From positions 580,497-644,496 of the forward strand of contig JAQSYP010000001.1 in assembly GCA_029256085.1 (NCBI GenBank): 64,000 nucleotides of DNA. Direction: 5' to 3'. Made by a program: the position numbers and the translations under genes. Shown in pieces: positions 23,161 through 34,803 of the stretch (positions are counted from its first letter, which is position 1; every line of letters begins with the position of its first letter). This stretch comes from Bacillales bacterium. Lineage in GTDB: Bacteria; Bacillota; Bacilli; CAJFEE01. The notes under the pieces were generated by a model that was not told the origin of the DNA, searched no databases, and saw only the letters and a list, made by a program, of their open reading frames with translations.

Positions 23161-23790
23161 ATGAATAAGAAAATTGCAAAAAACTTACTTGAAATCGGAG
23201 CTGTATGCTTAGAACCAAATAATCCTTTTACTTGGGCAAGTGGTATTAAATCTCCAATATACTGTGATAATAGATTGACCTTATCATATCCAGATACCAG
23301 AAATCTAATAAAAAATGAACTTGCAAAAATGATTGAAAGTATTTTCCCAGAAGCTGATATAATTGCGGGAACAGCAACGGCCGGTATCCCTCATGCCGCG
23401 CTAGTAGCAGATTATTTAGAACTTCCAATGGTCTACGTTAGAAGTAGTGCAAAAGAACATGGTAAGGGCAATCAAATAGAGGGTAAAGTAGTACAAGGTC
23501 AAAAAGTAGTTTTAGTTGAAGACTTGCTGTCTACAGGTGGTTCATCAATTAAATGTGTAAAGGCATTGAGAGATGCAGGATGTACTGTACTAGGAATAAT
23601 TAGTATCTTTTCTTATCAATTACCAATCTTAGAAGAAAATCTTTCTGGTAATAATATTGAGGCTTTTTCTTTATGTAACTATACGACACTTCTAGAAGTA
23701 GCTATTAGGGATGGTCATATTGAACAAAAAGAATTAGAAAAATTATCTAATTGGAGAAAAAATCCTACCAGTATTGATTGGATGAAATAA
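23161..23790 (+). CDS. pyrE: Orotate phosphoribosyltransferase
   Basis: [24 protein letters not shown] motif. Confidence 0.97.
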   Translation: MNKKIAKNLLEIGAVCLEPNNPFTWASGIKSPIYCDNRLTLSYPDTRNLIKNELAKMIESIFPEADIIAGTATAGIPHAALVADYLELPMVYVRSSAKEHGKGNQIEGKVVQGQKVVLVEDLLSTGGSSIKCVKALRDAGCTVLGIISIFSYQLPILEENLSGNNIEAFSLCNYTTLLEVAIRDGHIEQKELEKLSNWRKNPTSIDWMK

Positions 23791-23805
23791 TTGCATATAA
23801 AATAA

Positions 23806-23822
23806 ACTTGGCATTGCCAAGT
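23806..23822. repeat. CTTGGC/GCCAAG hairpin repeat copy 2 (possible pyr operon terminator)
   Basis: ACTTGGC ATT GCCAAGT. Confidence 0.7.
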
Positions 23823-23848
23823 CCTTTAAAAAGAAAATATTACTTTAT

Positions 23849-23988
23849 TACACGAAGCTGGAAACTGCGGGAAATGTATACATTTCCCCAACGGTAACAG
23901 CACGAGCCGAAAATCCATTTTTGCAAGTGAACTTGCGAAAATTAGTTGAGGCCGTGCCCGCGGAAAGCGAGTAGTTTCTGCGAGTGTA
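23849..23988. repeat. GC-rich structured intergenic repeat with embedded 20-bp palindrome
   Basis: Nested inverted repeats (TACAC..GAAACT/AGTTTC..GTGTA; GCACG/CGTGC; TTTTGCAAG/CTTGCGAAA); perfect palindrome GGGAAATGTATACATTTCCC at 23869-23888. Confidence 0.75.
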
Positions 23989-24041
23989 CTTATTAGAATT
24001 TTATACTTTATATATAAAAAAGAAGTCCTAGATTCAATGTT

Positions 24042-25757
24042 CTAAGACTTTTGCTTTCTAGTACTAATTTTTAGTATTTCTTCTAATGAGGGTGTTACGT
24101 AAATTGTGTTGTTATTGTCATATGTTACAAATCCAGGTTTTGCACCCTTGATTTTTTTTACATTTTTTATTTGTGTAAAATCAACAGGCACCGAAGAAGA
24201 ATTTTTGCCTTTGCTAAAATATGCAGCTAAAATTGCAGCTTCATAGAGTGTCTTCTCAGAAGGATTGTTATTTCTAACTATAACATGACTACCAGGAATA
24301 TCCTTAGTATGTAACCAAAATTCATCACGCTTCGCTAGTTTATTTGTTAAGTAATCGTTTTGTTTATTATTTTTCCCTACTAGTATCTCTGTTGAATCAT
24401 TTGAATAGTATGTTTCAAAATTTGGTTTAGTAATTTTCTTCTTGTTTTTCTTATTTGTTCCTTTTATATAACCTTGTTCGGACAATTCTTCTCTAATTTC
24501 TTCAACATCACTAGGAGAGGAAGATTCAAGCTGTTGTTGAATTAATGTAAGATATTCGAGTTCAGCCTTAGTATTTTCTATCTGTTCCTCGATGATTGGT
24601 ATTGAGTTTTTAAATTTATTATATGTTTTAAAATAGTGTTGAGCATTTTCACTTGGTGTTTTTAATGGGTCTAGTACGATCTTCAAGAAACACTCTTCAG
24701 TCTCATAGTAATTCAGTGCTACTAATTCAGTATCACCTGGTTGAATACTATAAATATTTGCTGTTATGAGTTCACCATATAATTGGTATTTATTAGAATT
24801 AATTGCAACCTCTAATTCTGAGGATAGCTTGGATAACTTCCTATTATTCTTATCTATTTCATTATTTATTTTCGTCTGCAAGTCACCTGATATTTGCTTT
24901 ACTCTATCTCTTTCAGCCTTATCATAGAAATAAAAATCCAACATCTCAGAAATTGATTTGAAAAACTTTGATCTTGCATTAAGATGACTAAGTTTAAATA
25001 TATGAAAATCACTTTTTTGATCATTTTCATAAATTGTAGGTTTATATTTGTTGGTTACTTCGTCTATTACACTTATAAATGCAGGGAAAATAGTATTTTT
25101 ATTTACTAAACCTGCTCTATAGCAAATCTCTTTTGCAGTTACTGTAGAGAACCCTTCAAAAATTCCAACTAGCTGTTTATGAACTAGCCCTTCATTAAAC
25201 ATTATTTTACTTATTAATTCATCTTCAGTTGTAATAAAAGGATCAAGTTTACTACTTAAAGGTGGAAGTTCGTATGTTATACCCGGTAGTAATGTTCTAA
25301 TTCTGTTTTGAGCACTACTAACGTGCTTAATGCAATCTAATATTTTTCTGGTTTTACTATCTACGATAAAAATATTTGAATGCTTCCCCATTATTTCAAT
25401 ATAAATATGCTTTTTTGTTTCCTCACCAATCTCATCTCGAGAGCATACATCAATCCTAATTAATCTTTCTAATTTCAACTGTTCAATACTAACTATTATT
25501 CCACCTTCTAAATGTTTACGAAGGAGCATGCAAAACATTGGTGGTTCTGAAGGGGTATCATAATTATTTTCAGTTAAGTGAATTCTTGTATACATAGGGT
25601 GTGCAGAAATTAGTAATTTTTTATTTGTACCATTTTGCCTTATATTAAATAATATTTCATTTTTAGAAGTTTGATATATTTTTGAAATTCTCCCAGAAAC
25701 AATTTCTTCTCTTAGTTCATTAACGCAATATTTTAACAGTATTCCATCAAAAGCCAT
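24042..25757 (-). CDS. rqcH: Ribosome quality control factor RqcH (NFACT/FbpA family, YloA)
   Basis: MAFDG start, PPMFCMLLRKHL, EIMGKHSN, VGKNNKQND, HTKDIPGSHV. Confidence 0.95.
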   Translation of the reverse strand: MAFDGILLKYCVNELREEIVSGRISKIYQTSKNEILFNIRQNGTNKKLLISAHPMYTRIHLTENNYDTPSEPPMFCMLLRKHLEGGIIVSIEQLKLERLIRIDVCSRDEIGEETKKHIYIEIMGKHSNIFIVDSKTRKILDCIKHVSSAQNRIRTLLPGITYELPPLSSKLDPFITTEDELISKIMFNEGLVHKQLVGIFEGFSTVTAKEICYRAGLVNKNTIFPAFISVIDEVTNKYKPTIYENDQKSDFHIFKLSHLNARSKFFKSISEMLDFYFYDKAERDRVKQISGDLQTKINNEIDKNNRKLSKLSSELEVAINSNKYQLYGELITANIYSIQPGDTELVALNYYETEECFLKIVLDPLKTPSENAQHYFKTYNKFKNSIPIIEEQIENTKAELEYLTLIQQQLESSSPSDVEEIREELSEQGYIKGTNKKNKKKITKPNFETYYSNDSTEILVGKNNKQNDYLTNKLAKRDEFWLHTKDIPGSHVIVRNNNPSEKTLYEAAILAAYFSKGKNSSSVPVDFTQIKNVKKIKGAKPGFVTYDNNNTIYVTPSLEEILKISTRKQKS

Positions 25758-25948
25758 TTTACTTCCTCATACTTTCTATTTAATCAGTTCTGTATAGAAC
25801 ATATGTATATTTTATTTTGAATTAAGCTTCAAGGAAACATGTATTACTTGTTTTTTTAAAGTATAGCATTTTTTGGGACGAGGTTGAATATTCATGAAAA
25901 AGAGGCTTGTTCAAAAATCTGAATATATACAAGGAGAGGTGGAAAAAG

Positions 25949-28654
25949 TTGAGGTGGCATGAAATTGAAAATAATGAAATAGAAGACTTGTTACAAACAG
26001 ACTTTAACTGTGGCCTTTGGGAAAAAGAGGTCGATGAAAGGTTACTTAAAAATGGTCATAATGAATTACAAAATAAAAAAAAGAAGTCACCCTTAATTGT
26101 CTTCTTATCACAATTTAATGATTTTATGGTTTATGTTCTATTAGGAGCTACAGCGTTATCGTTTTTTCTAGGGGATATGGTTGATGCTGTTGCGATAATA
26201 GCCATCGTATTATTAAATGGTATTTTAGGTTTTGTACAAGAAAATAAGGCTGAGAAATCATTAGAAGCACTTAAGGAACTTTCTGCCCCACAAGTAACAG
26301 TTTTACGTGAAGGTAAATGGGTAAGAAAGCAATCACGAGACCTTGTAGTTGGCGATGTCGTCAAATTTATTGGTGGAGATAGAATTAGTGCTGATTTAAG
26401 GATTCTACAATGTGCTAGTTTGTATGTAGAAGAATCTGCGCTAACAGGTGAATCAGTTCCAGTTCTAAAAAATGCAAAGGCATTTAAGAATGAAAATGCA
26501 ACAATCGGCGATTTAGAAAACATGTGCTTCATGGGAACATTAGTTACTCAAGGAACAGGTACAGGTGTTGTTGTTGCTACTGGTATGGATACTGCCATGG
26601 GACAAATAGCATCACTACTGAATGAATCGGACGAGATGTTAACACCACTACAAAGAAGACTTGAACAATTAGGAAAGATACTAATTGCAATTTCTATATT
26701 ATTAACTTTATTAGTAGTTGTTCTTGGTGTATACCAAGGTCAAGATTTATATAGTATGTTTTTAGCTGGAATTTCTTTAGCAGTTGCAGCAATTCCAGAA
26801 GGTCTCCCAGCTATTGTTACAGTCGCATTGTCACTTGGTGTTCAAAGAATGATTAAGAAAAATGCACTCGTAAGAAAATTACAAGCAGTTGAAACTTTAG
26901 GCTGTGCAACAGTTATTTGCTCTGATAAGACTGGAACTATGACACAAAATAAAATGATGGTTACAAATGTTTGGGCTAGTGGCCATATGTGGAATGTTAC
27001 TGGTGAGGGATATGAGCCTAAGGGTCAATTTCGAAAAGATGATGTTTCAGTAAATCCAGAAGAAGATAGACAATTATATCAACTATTAACATTTGGATTA
27101 TTGTGTAGCGATGCAGATGTTGTTAGAAAAAAGAATGAATATATCGTTGAAGGTGACCCAACCGAGGGGGCTATTGTTGTATCTGCTTTAAAGGCAGGGA
27201 TTCAAAGAGAATTACTAGATGATCAGTTTAATATAGTTAAAGAATTCCCTTTTGATTCAGATAGGAAAATGATGACAAAAGTAGTAAAAGACCTCACAGG
27301 TAAAAGGTTTATTGTAACAAAAGGTGCACCAGAAATTATTCTAGAAAACTGTACACAAATATTATGGAATAATAGGGTTATTCCAATTTCAGAATTATAT
27401 AAAGATAGAGTAAATAGTGCATTATCTTCTTTAAGTAGTAAAGCATTAAGAACACTAGCAATTGCATATAGAGTATGTAGTCCTGAGGAAAAAGTCTATA
27501 GTGATAAGCAAGCTGAAAATAATTTAATCTTTGTAGGTATTCAAGGGATGTACGATCCACCAAGAGCAGAAGTATATGATGCAGTTAGAGAGTGTAAGGA
27601 TGCAGGAATAAAAACGGTAATGATTACAGGTGATCACGTTTTAACGGCTGAAGCAATCGCCAAAGATCTAAATATATTGCCTGAGAATGGCAAAGTTATT
27701 GAAGGTGTAGTTCTAGAGGAATTAGATGATAGGGAGCTTGAAGATATCGTAAATGATATCTATGTTTTTGCAAGAGTATCTCCTGCACATAAGTTAAGAA
27801 TTGTTAAAGCCCTTCAAAATAAGGGTAATATTGTAGCGATGACAGGTGATGGTGTTAATGATGCTCCCGCAATAAAAGCAGCGGATATAGGCATTTCTAT
27901 GGGGATTAATGGAACCGACGTTTCCAAAGAAGCATCAGCAATGATTCTTATGGATGACAACTTCGCAACAATAAAATCAGCGATCAAAGAAGGAAGAAAC
28001 ATATACGAAAATATACGAAAGTTTATTAGATATTTGTTAGCATCAAATGTAGGAGAAATCCTTGTTATGCTTTTTGCAATGCTACTAGCACTTCCATTAC
28101 CATTAGTGCCGATTCAAATATTATGGGTTAATTTAGTAACAGATGGATTGCCAGCCATGGCCTTAGGATTAGATCAACCAGAAGGTGATTTAATGAATAA
28201 AGGACCAAGAAGTCCCAAAGAGGGAGTATTTGCAAGAGGGCTGTGGTGGAAAATTATTAGTAGAGGTTTCTTAATTGGTATTGCCACACTCTTCGCTTTC
28301 ATCGTTGCTTATAATACACATCCAGATGATTTAAAATATGCTCAAACTGTTGCCTTTTCAACGCTCGTATTAGCGCAGCTAATCCACGTTTTTGATTGTA
28401 GAAGTGAACATTCTATTTTGAGTAGAAATCCATTTGAAAACATGGCATTAGTTTGGGCTGTGTTATCATCTCTTATCTTAATGTTAGTTGTTATCTACGC
28501 AAAACCGTTACAACCTATATTTGATACGGTTGCGATTATGCCTAAAGATTGGTTACTGATTGTGGGAATGGCTGCGATCCCAACTTTCCTATTAGCTGGG
28601 TTTGCCCTACCTGGATCGACTAAAATAAAAAAACAAATAAAAGAAGTAAAATAA
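25949..28654 (+). CDS. yloB: P-type (SERCA-like) Ca2+-transporting ATPase
   Basis: TGES, PEGL, DKTGT, TGDGVNDAP motifs; start moved to TTG 25949 after GGAGAGG. Confidence 0.95.
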   Translation: MRWHEIENNEIEDLLQTDFNCGLWEKEVDERLLKNGHNELQNKKKKSPLIVFLSQFNDFMVYVLLGATALSFFLGDMVDAVAIIAIVLLNGILGFVQENKAEKSLEALKELSAPQVTVLREGKWVRKQSRDLVVGDVVKFIGGDRISADLRILQCASLYVEESALTGESVPVLKNAKAFKNENATIGDLENMCFMGTLVTQGTGTGVVVATGMDTAMGQIASLLNESDEMLTPLQRRLEQLGKILIAISILLTLLVVVLGVYQGQDLYSMFLAGISLAVAAIPEGLPAIVTVALSLGVQRMIKKNALVRKLQAVETLGCATVICSDKTGTMTQNKMMVTNVWASGHMWNVTGEGYEPKGQFRKDDVSVNPEEDRQLYQLLTFGLLCSDADVVRKKNEYIVEGDPTEGAIVVSALKAGIQRELLDDQFNIVKEFPFDSDRKMMTKVVKDLTGKRFIVTKGAPEIILENCTQILWNNRVIPISELYKDRVNSALSSLSSKALRTLAIAYRVCSPEEKVYSDKQAENNLIFVGIQGMYDPPRAEVYDAVRECKDAGIKTVMITGDHVLTAEAIAKDLNILPENGKVIEGVVLEELDDRELEDIVNDIYVFARVSPAHKLRIVKALQNKGNIVAMTGDGVNDAPAIKAADIGISMGINGTDVSKEASAMILMDDNFATIKSAIKEGRNIYENIRKFIRYLLASNVGEILVMLFAMLLALPLPLVPIQILWVNLVTDGLPAMALGLDQPEGDLMNKGPRSPKEGVFARGLWWKIISRGFLIGIATLFAFIVAYNTHPDDLKYAQTVAFSTLVLAQLIHVFDCRSEHSILSRNPFENMALVWAVLSSLILMLVVIYAKPLQPIFDTVAIMPKDWLLIVGMAAIPTFLLAGFALPGSTKIKKQIKEVK

Positions 28655-28695
28655 TAACATATTTTAATATTAACAATTTATATGGTATTATTATG

Positions 28696-28733
28696 AAAGG
28701 TAGTAGACAATAGATCTATTACCTTTTCTTTTG
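28696..28733 (+). terminator. Hairpin between yloB and yloC
   Basis: AAAGGTAGTAGA/TCTATTACCTTT stem plus T-rich tail. Confidence 0.65.
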
Positions 28734-28768
28734 CTTTTAAGCAAAATTAATAAAGGATGTGGGTTATC

Positions 28769-29644
28769 GTGACATTAAGTATGACTGGGTTTGGTAGGAG
28801 TGTAAAAGAGAATGAACTTAATTCTGTTACTGTTGAAATCAAATCAGTGAACCATAGATATTTAGAAACACTAATTAGAATGCCTAAGCAATTTATAATA
28901 ATTGAAGATAGAATAAAAAAGGCTATTCAAAATAAATTGAATAGAGGAAGAATTGAAGTATACATAACAGTTGAGGGACAAGGTTTAGTAAACAAGGAAA
29001 TATTAATTGATTGGAAACTCCTAGATCAATTAACAGATGCATGGAATCAAATAAAGGAAAAAATAAATTCAAACGATGACATAAGAGTAAACGATTTAAT
29101 AAGATTTCAAGACGTAATAACAATTAACGAAACTGACAATAATGATGATAGTGTCGCCCAATTAATTTTGGAAGCAGTTGAAGAAGCTGTAAGTAACTTA
29201 GAGAAAATGAGATCAATTGAAGGTGAGCAATTAAAGTTAGATATTTTAAATAACATATCTAGCCTTAAGGAATCAGTTAGCATTGTTGAAGAAATTGCAA
29301 GAATGTATCCAGAAAAAATACGGGAAAAAACTTTCAGAAAGTTAAAAGATATATTGGAAGGTCAATTAGACGAGCAACGTATTTACATGGAGGTTGCTGT
29401 TTTAGCTGAAAAGTCTGATGTAGCAGAGGAAATAAGTCGTTTAAGTAGTCACTTTATTCAATTTGAAAGTGAACTTGAAAGCAATGAACCTGTCGGAAGA
29501 AAGCTTGATTTTATTGTACAGGAAATGAATCGTGAGTGTAATACAATAGGTTCAAAAGTAAACGATATGAGCATTACAAAATTAGTTATTGAAATGAAAT
29601 CCAAGCTTGAAAAAATTAGAGAACAAGTTCAGAACATTGAATAA
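28769..29644 (+). CDS. yloC: YicC/YloC family endoribonuclease
   Basis: SMTGFG, EIKSVNHRY, GRKLDF.VQEMNRE.NTIGSK, REQVQNIE; start uncertain (28757 or 28769). Confidence 0.94.
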   Translation: MTLSMTGFGRSVKENELNSVTVEIKSVNHRYLETLIRMPKQFIIIEDRIKKAIQNKLNRGRIEVYITVEGQGLVNKEILIDWKLLDQLTDAWNQIKEKINSNDDIRVNDLIRFQDVITINETDNNDDSVAQLILEAVEEAVSNLEKMRSIEGEQLKLDILNNISSLKESVSIVEEIARMYPEKIREKTFRKLKDILEGQLDEQRIYMEVAVLAEKSDVAEEISRLSSHFIQFESELESNEPVGRKLDFIVQEMNRECNTIGSKVNDMSITKLVIEMKSKLEKIREQVQNIE

Positions 29645-29653
29645 TGCTCTTAA

Positions 29654-30303
<650 letters not shown>

Positions 30304-30304
<1 letters not shown>

Positions 30305-30528
30305 TGTTATATCCATCAATTGACGAATTAATGAATAAAGTAGATTCTAAATATATTTTAGTTACTTTAGCATCAAAACGCGCTAGAAACTTACAAGACA
30401 AATCTCCACTTTTATTGTCGAAGCCAAAGTCACACAAATATGTAGGTAAAGCTTTAGAGGAAATTTTTGCAGATGAACTTGGGTTTGAAAGAGAATTTGT
30501 AATTCAAACTTCAAAACTTGAAAAGTAA
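30304..30528 (+). CDS. rpoZ: RNA polymerase omega subunit
   Basis: MLYPSID.L..KVDSKY.LV...SKRAR, ALEEI. Confidence 0.96.
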
Positions 30529-30567
30529 TTATAAATAAAAAACAGAGGCGATCGCCTATATCCAAAG

Positions 30568-30620
30568 GACTTGACGGTGCCAAGTTAACTTTTTAAAGAC
30601 TTGGCAAAAGCCAAGTCTTT
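30568..30620. repeat. Tandem pair of CTTGGC/GCCAAG hairpin repeats (copies 3 and 4)
   Basis: GACTTGACGGTGCCAAGTT and AAAGACTTGGCAAAAGCCAAGTCTTT. Confidence 0.75.
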
Positions 30621-30688
30621 TCTATTTATGCTAAAAAGAAGTAAAATATAGTTAATATATTTAACGTATTAATATCGAGGTGTAATTT

Positions 30689-31897
30689 ATGCTAAATAAA
30701 AATATCTTGCTTTGTGTATGTGGTGGTGTAGCTGTTTTTAAAGCCGCGGCTCTCACTAGTAAACTAGTTCAACAAGGTGCAAATGTTAAGGTTATTATGA
30801 CGAATTCAGCAATGAAATTTATAACGCCGTTAACATTCCAAGTTTTATCTAGGAATGAAGTTTATGTGGACACGTTTAATGAATCAAATCCAGAAGCTGT
30901 TCAACATATTGATTTAGCTAAATGGGCGGATATTACCATTATCGCACCGGCTACTGCTAACGTAATTGGTAAAATTGCGAATGGCATAGCAGACGATATG
31001 TTGACTACAACTATTATGGCTACAGTTAATCCAGTCATCATTGCTCCAGCGATGAATGTAAATATGTATAACAACAAAATTGTTCAAGAAAATATCGATA
31101 GATTAAAAAAGTTAGATTATATTTTTTTCGAACCAAGTGAGGGACTTTTAGCATGTGGGGATATTGGCAAAGGAAGACTATTAGAACCAGAGGATATTAT
31201 TAAAAATTTAAATAATATTTTTAATGAATCTAACTACTTTAATGGCAAAAAAATACTAATTACTGCCGGACCAACTATTGAAAAAATAGATCCCGTTCGG
31301 TTTATATCAAATTTTTCAAGTGGAAAGATGGGATATGCTTTAGCTGAACAAGCTGCGCGTTTCGGTGCAGATGTCACACTAATATCTGGCCCAACGAAAC
31401 TTCCTCCACCAAAAGGTATACGTTTAATAAACATTAATTCAGCTGAAGAAATGTTTGAAGCTGTAAAAGAAAATTTTGAATTGAATAAAATCATAATTAA
31501 ATCTGCAGCCGTAGCTGACTATACACCTATAACTATTGAAGATAACAAAATAAAGAAAAAATCAAATGATATGATACTAAAACTAAAAAAAACTACCGAC
31601 ATTCTAAAATGGTTAGGTGACAATAAGTCAGACAAAGTGCTTATTGGTTTTGCTGCTGAAACTAATAATGTTTTAGAGTATGCACAAGATAAACTTCAAA
31701 GGAAAAATCTTGATTATATAATAGTTAATGACGTTTCTAAAGAAGGTGCTGGATTCAATGTCGATACTAATATTGCTACCTTAATTAGTAGAGATGGAAC
31801 AAAAATTGACTTTCCGCTACTATCAAAAAAAGATCTAGCCAAGCAAATTATGGAAGTTTTATATGAAAAAGTGGTGAAGGATTATGATACTCGCTAA
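30689..31897 (+). CDS. coaBC: Bifunctional phosphopantothenoylcysteine decarboxylase/ligase
   Basis: APATAN, PAMN, TAGPT.E.IDPVRF, GFAAET. Confidence 0.97.
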   Translation: MLNKNILLCVCGGVAVFKAAALTSKLVQQGANVKVIMTNSAMKFITPLTFQVLSRNEVYVDTFNESNPEAVQHIDLAKWADITIIAPATANVIGKIANGIADDMLTTTIMATVNPVIIAPAMNVNMYNNKIVQENIDRLKKLDYIFFEPSEGLLACGDIGKGRLLEPEDIIKNLNNIFNESNYFNGKKILITAGPTIEKIDPVRFISNFSSGKMGYALAEQAARFGADVTLISGPTKLPPPKGIRLININSAEEMFEAVKENFELNKIIIKSAAVADYTPITIEDNKIKKKSNDMILKLKKTTDILKWLGDNKSDKVLIGFAAETNNVLEYAQDKLQRKNLDYIIVNDVSKEGAGFNVDTNIATLISRDGTKIDFPLLSKKDLAKQIMEVLYEKVVKDYDTR

Positions 31898-34304
31898 CGT
31901 TGTAGTAGATGTGCCAGCATTTGCAACAGATAAAGAATATACTTACTTAATTCCTATAAAATATCTCGAAACTATAGAAATTGGACAAAGAGTTATTGTT
32001 CCTTTTGGTCCAACAAAAAAATTAGGATATATAACTTCGATAAAAGATGGGGAGAAATTTGAAGGTATAAAAGAAATAGAAGAAATTATAGATGTAAATC
32101 CTGTAATTACTAGGGAATTAATACATCTTTCTGAGTGGATGAAAAATAAACTTTTGTGTTATTCAGTTACAGCGTTACAAGCTATGTTACCTGCTGCAAT
32201 GAAAGCAACTTACACTAAGTCTATTTGTTTACTCGGTGATGAGGCAGTAGAACACCTAGGAAATAATCTAAAGCGAATTTTTAATGGAAAGACTTCTATC
32301 GATTTTAATGTTATTAAACATGATGGTACCTTGTTAAAAGAAATAAAAGATGCAGTCAAAGATGGATATGTTGAAGTAGTGTACTCAGTTAAGGGGAAAG
32401 AACGAGTTAAGACTGATAAATATGTTGAAAAAATATGTGATGATGGAATAATACTTCAGATTATAGATGAAATACCGAAAGCATCAAAATCAAAGAAAAA
32501 ATTTCTAGATGTATTGTTAGAGATTGAAAAGTCAAAACCTTTATCTTTCTTTTTAAAAGATTTGAAGTTTAATAGAGAAACTATAAAATATTTCGAGAAG
32601 AAAAATATTATAAGTATTTATGAAAAGGAAATATACCGCGACCACTATAATAACACAAAGTTCGTAAAATCAGAGCCATTAGAACTTTCACTTGACCAAG
32701 ATAAAGTTGTAAATGATATTGTTTCATCAATTAAACAAGAAAAGCATGAGACATTTTTACTTCACGGTGTTACAGGAAGCGGGAAAACGGAAATATATCT
32801 TCAATCTATACTTGAGGTTATCTCTAGAGGAAAAGAAGCTATTGTACTAGTTCCAGAAATATCATTGACTCCACAAATGGTTAAGAGATTTAAATCCAGA
32901 TTTAGTAATCAAGTTGCGGTACTACATAGTGGATTAAGTATCGGGGAGAAATATGATGAATGGCGCAAAATTCTAAGAAAAGAAGTTAAAGTTGTTGTTG
33001 GAGCGAGATCTGCAATTTTTGCTCCATTTGAAAATCTGGGCCTTATAATTATAGATGAAGAACACGAAGGAACTTATAAACAAGAAGATCAGCCGAAATA
33101 TCATACTCGAGATGTAGCAATATATCGTGGGAATTTTAATAACTGCCCAGTTGTTTTAGGAAGTGCTACACCTGCTATTGAAACGTATGCTCGAGCTTTA
33201 AAAGGCGTATATAAACTTCTTGAGTTGAAAACAAGAGTTAAGCAACAACAAATGCCAGAAGTACATGTTGTCGACCTACGAGAAGAGTTAAAGGATAAAA
33301 ATCTAAGTCCTTTTTCTAGATTATTACATGAAAAAATTGAGGATAGACTTAAAAAAGGTGAACAGATTGTCCTTCTTCTAAATAGGCGGGGATTTTCGAA
33401 TTTCATTATGTGTAGAGAATGTGGATTCGTTCAACAATGCCCGAATTGTGATGTTTCTCTAACGTATCATAAGGTTAATGAGAAGTTAAAATGTCACTAC
33501 TGTGGGTATGACGAGACGAGACAACATCGGTGTCCGGATTGCCATAGTAAACATATAAGATACTTTGGGACAGGTACTCAAAAAATTGAGGAAGAATTAA
33601 ATAAATATTTTCCAGAAGCAAAAGTTATACGAATGGATGTTGATACAACAAGTAAAAAAGGATCTCATGAAAAGCTACTTACTGCCTTTGAAAATGAAGA
33701 GGCTGATATATTGCTAGGAACTCAAATGATTGCAAAAGGACTAGATTTCCCTAAGGTTTCGCTCGTAGGAATTCTGTCAGCCGATTCAACACTTCACATT
33801 CCAGACTATAAATCAGCAGAAAGAACATATCAGTTGATTACTCAAGTAAGTGGAAGAGCGGGGAGACATGAAATCCCTGGAGAGGTTGTTATTCAAACTT
33901 ATACTTCTGATCACTATAGTATTTTATCAGCGTGTAAAAATAACTATCTAGAATTTTTTAACAATGAAATGTGGAATCGGAAACAAGGTAATTATCCACC
34001 ATATTTTAATCTTTGTTTAATAAATATTTCTCATTCTGAAAACCAAATAGCTCAAAGTTACGCACATAAGATTGTCAATTTCATTAAAAGTCAAAATATC
34101 AACAACAATTTCATTATATTAGGTCCGGTTGTTTCACCTATTTCGAGAATTCAAAACAAATTTAGATATCAATGTTTAATAAAATATAAAGAAGAAAAAC
34201 AGATTGTTCCAGTCTTGAAAAATATTATTGATCTTAACCAAAAAGAAATAACTACTAGAGGTTTATCTATTAACATAGATTTACACCCAAATACTTTTAT
34301 GTAA
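31884..34304 (+). CDS. priA: Primosomal protein N' (replication restart helicase)
   Basis: GVTGSGKT, DEEH, four CxxC pairs, GTQMIAKG. Confidence 0.98.
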   Translation: MILANVVVDVPAFATDKEYTYLIPIKYLETIEIGQRVIVPFGPTKKLGYITSIKDGEKFEGIKEIEEIIDVNPVITRELIHLSEWMKNKLLCYSVTALQAMLPAAMKATYTKSICLLGDEAVEHLGNNLKRIFNGKTSIDFNVIKHDGTLLKEIKDAVKDGYVEVVYSVKGKERVKTDKYVEKICDDGIILQIIDEIPKASKSKKKFLDVLLEIEKSKPLSFFLKDLKFNRETIKYFEKKNIISIYEKEIYRDHYNNTKFVKSEPLELSLDQDKVVNDIVSSIKQEKHETFLLHGVTGSGKTEIYLQSILEVISRGKEAIVLVPEISLTPQMVKRFKSRFSNQVAVLHSGLSIGEKYDEWRKILRKEVKVVVGARSAIFAPFENLGLIIIDEEHEGTYKQEDQPKYHTRDVAIYRGNFNNCPVVLGSATPAIETYARALKGVYKLLELKTRVKQQQMPEVHVVDLREELKDKNLSPFSRLLHEKIEDRLKKGEQIVLLLNRRGFSNFIMCRECGFVQQCPNCDVSLTYHKVNEKLKCHYCGYDETRQHRCPDCHSKHIRYFGTGTQKIEEELNKYFPEAKVIRMDVDTTSKKGSHEKLLTAFENEEADILLGTQMIAKGLDFPKVSLVGILSADSTLHIPDYKSAERTYQLITQVSGRAGRHEIPGEVVIQTYTSDHYSILSACKNNYLEFFNNEMWNRKQGNYPPYFNLCLINISHSENQIAQSYAHKIVNFIKSQNINNNFIILGPVVSPISRIQNKFRYQCLIKYKEEKQIVPVLKNIIDLNQKEITTRGLSINIDLHPNTFM

Positions 34305-34321
34305 TATAGGAGGCATTAAAA

Positions 34322-34795
34322 GTGGCTATACTTAAAATTATAGAACATCCAAATGAAATATTATCCACTGAATGTGAAGAAGTATTTGTATTTAATAACA
34401 AATTAAGAAAACTAATTAAAAATATGTATGAAACAATGATTGAACATGATGGTGTGGGATTAGCTGCCCCTCAAGTAGGGGTCAATTTGCGAATCGCAAT
34501 AGTAGATATTAATGATGAAAATGGTCTAATTGAGCTTATAAATCCCGTAATTATTGAAGAAACTGGTAAAATCACCGAAGTTGAAGGGTGCTTAAGTTTC
34601 CCAGGGATTTATGGGGATGTAACACGTCCACATGAGATAAAGGTAAAAGCTCAAAACGCAAAAGGAAAACAATTTACACTTTCAGCTGTTGGTTTTTTAG
34701 CAAGAGCAATTTCTCATGAAATAGATCATTTAAACGGAATATTATTTACTTCGAAAGTTGAGAAATTTTATGAGCTTGAAACATTAGAAGGATAG
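34322..34795 (+). CDS. def: Peptide deformylase
   Basis: GVGLAAPQ, EGCLS, HEIDH motifs. Confidence 0.97.
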   Translation: MAILKIIEHPNEILSTECEEVFVFNNKLRKLIKNMYETMIEHDGVGLAAPQVGVNLRIAIVDINDENGLIELINPVIIEETGKITEVEGCLSFPGIYGDVTRPHEIKVKAQNAKGKQFTLSAVGFLARAISHEIDHLNGILFTSKVEKFYELETLEG

Positions 34796-34803
34796 GTGAT
34801 TAA

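Noticed and set aside
23869..23888. 20-bp palindrome as a Noc site or parS
   Set aside because: Half-sites are in the opposite order to the Noc site with a 6-bp centre, and it does not resemble parS TGTTNCACGTGAAACA.
25861..25930. sigma-E promoter for yloB (similar candidates upstream of ylmC and spoVM)
   Set aside because: Expected from B. subtilis regulons, but the matches are too degenerate in AT-rich DNA to place confidently.
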